From a virus: a stretch of DNA of 64,000 nucleotides. A model generated the notes under the pieces. The model searched no databases. It was given only the letters and a program-made list of their open reading frames with translations, and was not told the DNA's origin. Positions 59,663 through 64,000 of this stretch are shown here, piece by piece. The stretch is from positions 1-64,000 of the IMG/VR virus record IMGVR_UViG_3300045911_000155; one strand, 5' to 3'. Numbering within the stretch: position 1 is the stretch's first letter; each line of letters begins with the position of its first letter. Made by a program: the position numbers and the translations under genes.

Positions 59663-59693
59663 CATGGCCGTGTGAATTCACATGGCCGTGTTA
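59660..59693. repeat. tandem ACATGGCCGTGT boxes forming an imperfect palindrome
   Basis: 12-nt direct repeat flanking GAATTC. Confidence 0.8.
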
Positions 59694-59838
59694 GTCGGAA
59701 AAATTTCCGAAAAGTGTTGACATACATGTCGGTGTGTGAGATTCTAGTGGTGGAGAGAGACACCGACATGAAACTGATTTCCAAATAGAAAAGGCCCGGC
59801 GGTTAAGCCAGGCCTGTTCACTTCGTCGCCGAACTTGC

Positions 59839-61173
59839 TTAGGTGAGGTTGATGACCTTGACCAAGCGGTAGTACGGGTTGCTGGCGCTGATGATGTCGC
59901 CCGAAGCGTTCGTGTAGTACGGGTTCGACACAAGGCCGTAACGGGTACGGAACGCAATCTTCGGCTGGAGGGTGTTTTCACCGACCGCACGAACCATCTG
60001 GAGCGGGATGTAGGGGCAGTAGAAGAAGCCCGCGTCGTAGGCATTAGTACCTTTGTACCCTACCATTAGGAGTTCGGTATTAAGGTCGCCCGTGTTGTCG
60101 AAGTACGGATCAACGAAGACCTTGTAGCGACCGTTGATAACGCCCGCGAAGGTGTTGCCCGTGTCATCGACCGTCAGGTTGGTGTTCAACGCCGGGGCGT
60201 AGTTCAGGACACCCGCCATGTGCAACGCGGACGCAACGTCCGAAGAGCACACGATGAAGTTACCCTTACCACGACGGGTGTCACGACCGATCTGGTTCGC
60301 GTCACGCTCGACTTGGAACATCAAGCCCTTGAACTTTTCAGCCAACCAACGACCGTTGGAGTCCGTGTCAAGGTCAAACACACCAGCGTTAGCGGTGCCC
60401 TTCTGAGCGCCCGGCTTCGCGATGTAGTACAAGGTGCGAACAACTTCACGGTTGATTTCGGCCAAGATTTCCGTGGAGAGAATCGAAGCCAATTCCGTTT
60501 CGGCGTCCATACCGTGCAGGGCCTTAAGATCCTGCGCCAGTTCGACAGTGTATTCTGCCTTCAGTGCGCGGGTCTTCGCCGTGACGGTAACCTTGTCGAT
60601 GAAGATCGACATTTCGTTGAACGACGGCTGGTTCGTTTCGCCAAGGACTTCACCTTGCAGCGTGGTCATACCGCGACCAGTTGCGTAACCACCGGCAAAC
60701 GGGTTGCTACCGCTGTGGGCAGTACCGTTGTGACCGGCGTTCGGTGCGCCCGGCTTCTGACCGGCGAAGTCCGTGTCGGATTCCGACATGAAGGCTTCGT
60801 TGGTCTGGTTGTAGTTGGTGGACGAAGACTGCGGGCCGTACTTCGAACGCATCGCGAAGATGAGTCCAGTCGGACCAGTCATCGGCTGAACACCACAGAT
60901 GTCGTATGCAACAAGGTTCGGCATCGCGCGACGCACCATCGAAATCATGATGGGGTCCCACGCACCGATGTTTCCGCCGCCCATCGTGTTGCTGCCTTCC
61001 GACAACAACTGTGCCTTCTGTTCCTTCAGATCACGATATTGATTTTCGAGGATCTGAATGGTGACATCGCGACGGTGTGCATCGACCTTGCCCTGAAGAT
61101 CGGTGATCTTCGGCATGTCCGTGTGATCAATGATTTTCTGCCATTTTGAGCGTAGTGCAGGTGAGAGGTTCAT
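59839..61173 (-). CDS. gp23: major capsid protein
   Basis: DICGVQPMTGPTGLIFAMR, RALKAEYTVELAQDLKALHG.DAE.EL, FYCPY.PL, RTRYG. Confidence 0.98.
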   Translation of the reverse strand: MNLSPALRSKWQKIIDHTDMPKITDLQGKVDAHRRDVTIQILENQYRDLKEQKAQLLSEGSNTMGGGNIGAWDPIMISMVRRAMPNLVAYDICGVQPMTGPTGLIFAMRSKYGPQSSSTNYNQTNEAFMSESDTDFAGQKPGAPNAGHNGTAHSGSNPFAGGYATGRGMTTLQGEVLGETNQPSFNEMSIFIDKVTVTAKTRALKAEYTVELAQDLKALHGMDAETELASILSTEILAEINREVVRTLYYIAKPGAQKGTANAGVFDLDTDSNGRWLAEKFKGLMFQVERDANQIGRDTRRGKGNFIVCSSDVASALHMAGVLNYAPALNTNLTVDDTGNTFAGVINGRYKVFVDPYFDNTGDLNTELLMVGYKGTNAYDAGFFYCPYIPLQMVRAVGENTLQPKIAFRTRYGLVSNPYYTNASGDIISASNPYYRLVKVINLT

Positions 61174-61207
61174 TTGTTTCTCCTAAAGGACTGTGAGTCA
61201 AAACTAT

Positions 61208-62659
61208 TTAGCGCTGGCTCTTGTTCAACGTTTTCACGTAGAGCGCGATGTCTTCCGAAAGAGGCTCAGCATCAGCGGCCTTCGGCGCGGTCTTCTTCTG
61301 ATCCTGTTCGGTCAGAGTGCCCTTCGCCTTTTCCTTCGGGAAGTACGATTCCTTGAGCGTGGTCAGCGCGCTGGCAAACTGAGTGCTGTTCTGGAAGGCG
61401 ATACCTTCCGCCAACTTGCTCAGACGATCAGCTTGCGTAGCGGTCAAACCGGTGGAAGCCTTGCGGACCATTTCCGTGCGGCGGTAGCGGGTCAAGGATT
61501 CACGCAACTTCATGTTCTCCTTGGCGGATTCGTTGAGACGGCCTTCGAGCTTGGACAACTTCTTGCCCATGACCTTGAGAACATCGACCTTCGATTGCGG
61601 AACTTCGATGTAGTGTTCAACGAACAGCTTCTTCAACCCGGACAGGAAGTCTTCGGCCAACTCAGCGCGGATACCGGCTTCAACGGCCAAACGATTTTCC
61701 TTCAACCACTGCGAAGAAACGTAGGTCAGGTAGCGGTCAACCTGTTCCGACAACTTCGCTTCATGTGCGGCAATGCGCGCGTCAGACTTCTTCTTCAACA
61801 GCGCATACGCTTCCTTCAACTTCTTCGACGCTTCTTCAGCAACACGCTTGCGGGTCGCAGCGGCGCGGGTCTTGACAGCGGCTTCGAACACAACGGACGC
61901 CTTCTTGCGGAAGTCTTCCGGCAAGCTAGCTTCGCCGAAGATCGCCTTCTCATCGTCGGTCACTTCGTCGTCGTCGCCTTCGGTGACTTGCAGCTTCGGT
62001 TCCGGCGGCTCCGGTTCGGTGATGCCGATTTCGCCCGGCTGAACGTCTTCCTTCACATCAGGATCGCCGTCGCCGTCCTTGTCCAGCTTCTTCTTCAGGA
62101 AGTCAGGCATGTCGTCCTTGTCTTCCTTCACCTTCTTGCCCTTCACCGGCTTCTTGGATTCCTTGACCTTCTTCTTGGTCTTGGATTCCGCGACAACTTC
62201 GTCGTCGTCCTTGTCTTCGTCTTCGGCCACAACGTCGTCTTCGTCGTTGTCGTCATCTTCCGACAGTTCGCCTTCCGGCTTGTCGGGATCGCCTTCGGCT
62301 TCCTTCAAACGAGCGATCATTTCGGAGAACGTCTTGTCAAGGTCGTCGTCTTCGTCGGCATCTTCCGATACAACGTCGTCTTCTTCCTTGTCGTCGTCTT
62401 CCGTCACGATTTCATCGTCTTCGTCAGCATCGGCGTCTTCGACAACTTCGTCGTCGCTCATGTCGTCAACGTCGAAATCATCTTCTGCGACCATCTTGTC
62501 AGCGTCATCTTCTTCCGCTTCCATCGGCCACTTCTTGTCGATTGCGTTTGCTTGCGGAACGTCGGCTTGTTTCACGTCCGCTGAGAAGTCAGCGGGGTAG
62601 TTACCAGCCGCCGTAGCTTCCTTGAGCATTTCGAGAATTTTGCTTTCAAAAGCACCCAT
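61208..62659 (-). CDS. gp22: prohead core scaffold protein
   Basis: F..KA..VFEAAV, YL.YV...W..EN..AV..GI..E..E.F..GLK.LF.EH, ESYF; long acidic N-terminus. Confidence 0.93.
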   Translation of the reverse strand: MGAFESKILEMLKEATAAGNYPADFSADVKQADVPQANAIDKKWPMEAEEDDADKMVAEDDFDVDDMSDDEVVEDADADEDDEIVTEDDDKEEDDVVSEDADEDDDLDKTFSEMIARLKEAEGDPDKPEGELSEDDDNDEDDVVAEDEDKDDDEVVAESKTKKKVKESKKPVKGKKVKEDKDDMPDFLKKKLDKDGDGDPDVKEDVQPGEIGITEPEPPEPKLQVTEGDDDEVTDDEKAIFGEASLPEDFRKKASVVFEAAVKTRAAATRKRVAEEASKKLKEAYALLKKKSDARIAAHEAKLSEQVDRYLTYVSSQWLKENRLAVEAGIRAELAEDFLSGLKKLFVEHYIEVPQSKVDVLKVMGKKLSKLEGRLNESAKENMKLRESLTRYRRTEMVRKASTGLTATQADRLSKLAEGIAFQNSTQFASALTTLKESYFPKEKAKGTLTEQDQKKTAPKAADAEPLSEDIALYVKTLNKSQR

Positions 62660-62696
62660 TTGTTTGTTCTCCTAAAAAGGTTTGGCTGTTCGGTAT

Positions 62697-63359
62697 TTAG
62701 TGTTTCCGCGAAAGTTCAGAAAGGAAACGGCTGAAGGCTTCGACCATCTTGTCGGTGTCGCGGAAGTCTTTTTCAACAATCCGCTTGTACTTAGCAACTT
62801 GACGTTCGACCAAAATGCCGTTGTTCCAGACCCATTCCCGGCCTTCCATCACGCCCCGGACAAAGGCTTGCGGCGCGGAGGGATCGGCCACAATGTCCGC
62901 CGCCGTGTTCAACTGGAAATCGTCCTGAACGACTTGAGTGCCATCGGCCTCTTCGCTCAGCGAACCCATACCACGGCTCGAAACTCCCAATTTGGCTTCT
63001 TCATCCATCAAGGACTTCACGATCTTTCCCATCGGGGTTTCGGTCATGATCTTCGCCTTGCCGATGAAATTCGTGCCTTCCTTGCGAAGTTCCTTGATGA
63101 TGTGGGACACACGGTCCAGATTGATCGACGGGCTGTCCGGGTGGTTGAGTTCGCCGAATGCACGATTGTGCTTGACGTACTCATTCACGTACCGGGTGAC
63201 TTCCGGTTCCATGACTTCCATCGGGTAGATGCGTCCGTTTCGGTTCTTCAGTGCCGCTTGCAGAAAGATGCCTTCGATGAAATAGCCCTTCGATGGCGAC
63301 TTCGCAACGGTGATATTCTCGTTTACCTCAGTGATGAGGCGTAGTGGTTTTTGTGGCAT
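62697..63359 (-). CDS. gp21: prohead protease
   Basis: IEGIFLQA..KNRNGR.YP, GELNHP, GVSSRGMGS, DIVADPSAP.A. Confidence 0.96.
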   Translation of the reverse strand: MPQKPLRLITEVNENITVAKSPSKGYFIEGIFLQAALKNRNGRIYPMEVMEPEVTRYVNEYVKHNRAFGELNHPDSPSINLDRVSHIIKELRKEGTNFIGKAKIMTETPMGKIVKSLMDEEAKLGVSSRGMGSLSEEADGTQVVQDDFQLNTAADIVADPSAPQAFVRGVMEGREWVWNNGILVERQVAKYKRIVEKDFRDTDKMVEAFSRFLSELSRKH

Positions 63360-63364
63360 GGTTA

Positions 63365-63868
63365 TTAGTCGTCTCCGTATGGATCTTCGTCGCCCGTGTA
63401 GTTGACCTTCTCTTTGTTCTTCAGCAACTTGTCCGCCAGCAACCCAACAATCACTTTCATCAGCGGGTTTCCGTCTGAAAGCGTGTCCACCAAGGTATTG
63501 ATCCGATCCTTGCGGCGCTCTTGTTTCTTGTTGTGATCGTCGATGTCTTTGTTGTGGACCTTTTGCAAAGACCGAAGAACATTCTGGATGGCCTTGATCT
63601 TGTTCTGATAGCCGGACTGCCGTTCCCGGAAATTGTTTAACTTGTCCCGGTCGTCGGTTCGCGGCGGCGTCAATTCCCGCGACGTGTGTTGAGCATTTGC
63701 CAGCTTCGCTTTCAATTCCGCCGGGCCGAACTTCTCACGCTCTAACCACTGTTGGAACCACTGCGAAGGAATTGCCTTGATTTCAAATTCACCGGGTTTC
63801 TTCCCGGCAATCTTGTAGGTGACTTCGCCCTTCTTGATGTCGTCGTCGGCTGTGCCGTCTTTAGGCAT
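63365..63868 (-). CDS. hypothetical protein in head cluster
   Basis: ORF directly upstream of gp21; start uncertain. Confidence 0.55.
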   Translation of the reverse strand: MPKDGTADDDIKKGEVTYKIAGKKPGEFEIKAIPSQWFQQWLEREKFGPAELKAKLANAQHTSRELTPPRTDDRDKLNNFRERQSGYQNKIKAIQNVLRSLQKVHNKDIDDHNKKQERRKDRINTLVDTLSDGNPLMKVIVGLLADKLLKNKEKVNYTGDEDPYGDD

Positions 63869-64000
63869 CGGTGGCGCATCTTCATCGTCGTCATCGTAGT
63901 TATTGAAGCCGGTGTAGTCGTCTTGGTCTTCATCATCGGCTTTGTCTGCTACGCCACCAACCGCCGTTTTCTTCGGTTCCGGTTCGTCTTCATCGTCCCC

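Noticed and set aside
61960-62520. Acidic low-complexity repeat as a separate element
   Set aside because: Part of the gp22 N-terminal extension with repeated (V)xE gp21-type cleavage sites.
41967-62584. Long antisense ORFs (41967-43469, 48550-50109, 60220-61149, 61193-62584)
   Set aside because: Shadow frames of GC-rich real genes with no motifs.
1-64000. CRISPR array, DGR/retron reverse transcriptase, integrase or transposase
   Set aside because: No regularly spaced repeats, no YxDD RT ORF and no recombinase motifs were seen.

Overview
64-kb segment of a large, GC-rich T4-like (Tevenvirinae-related) myovirus. Clear core genes are gp21, gp22, gp23, gp5, PAAR gp5.4, gp48 and DNA ligase. They are scattered among many small early and late genes. 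Accessory enzymes centre on RNA/tRNA repair and nucleotide metabolism: CCA-adding enzyme, Rnl2-like ligase, P-loop kinase, PTH2-like protein, Prs, ADP-ribosylglycohydrolase, SpeD, MazG-like protein and HAD nucleotidase. A minus-strand tRNA operon (15.9-19.0 kb) holds full Leu and Pro isoacceptor sets, a long-arm tRNA-Ile(UAU) and several aberrant tRNA-like RNAs, and is preceded by a candidate codon-sensing leader peptide. The most striking unexplained signals are: (1) two stand-alone mini-genes that copy fragments of the phage's own major capsid protein, one being the T4 Gol region and one fused to a Tat-like signal, which are candidate decoys against capsid-sensing immunity; (2) two Y-RNA-like sRNAs; (3) a pair of secreted 4-Cys beta-hairpin peptides; (4) a secreted paralog of a tail-fibre lectin domain. 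Several protein motifs hint at an Acidobacteria-like host (inference). Many apparent frameshifts probably reflect indel errors in the assembly. All calls come from reading motifs by eye; no database searches were run.
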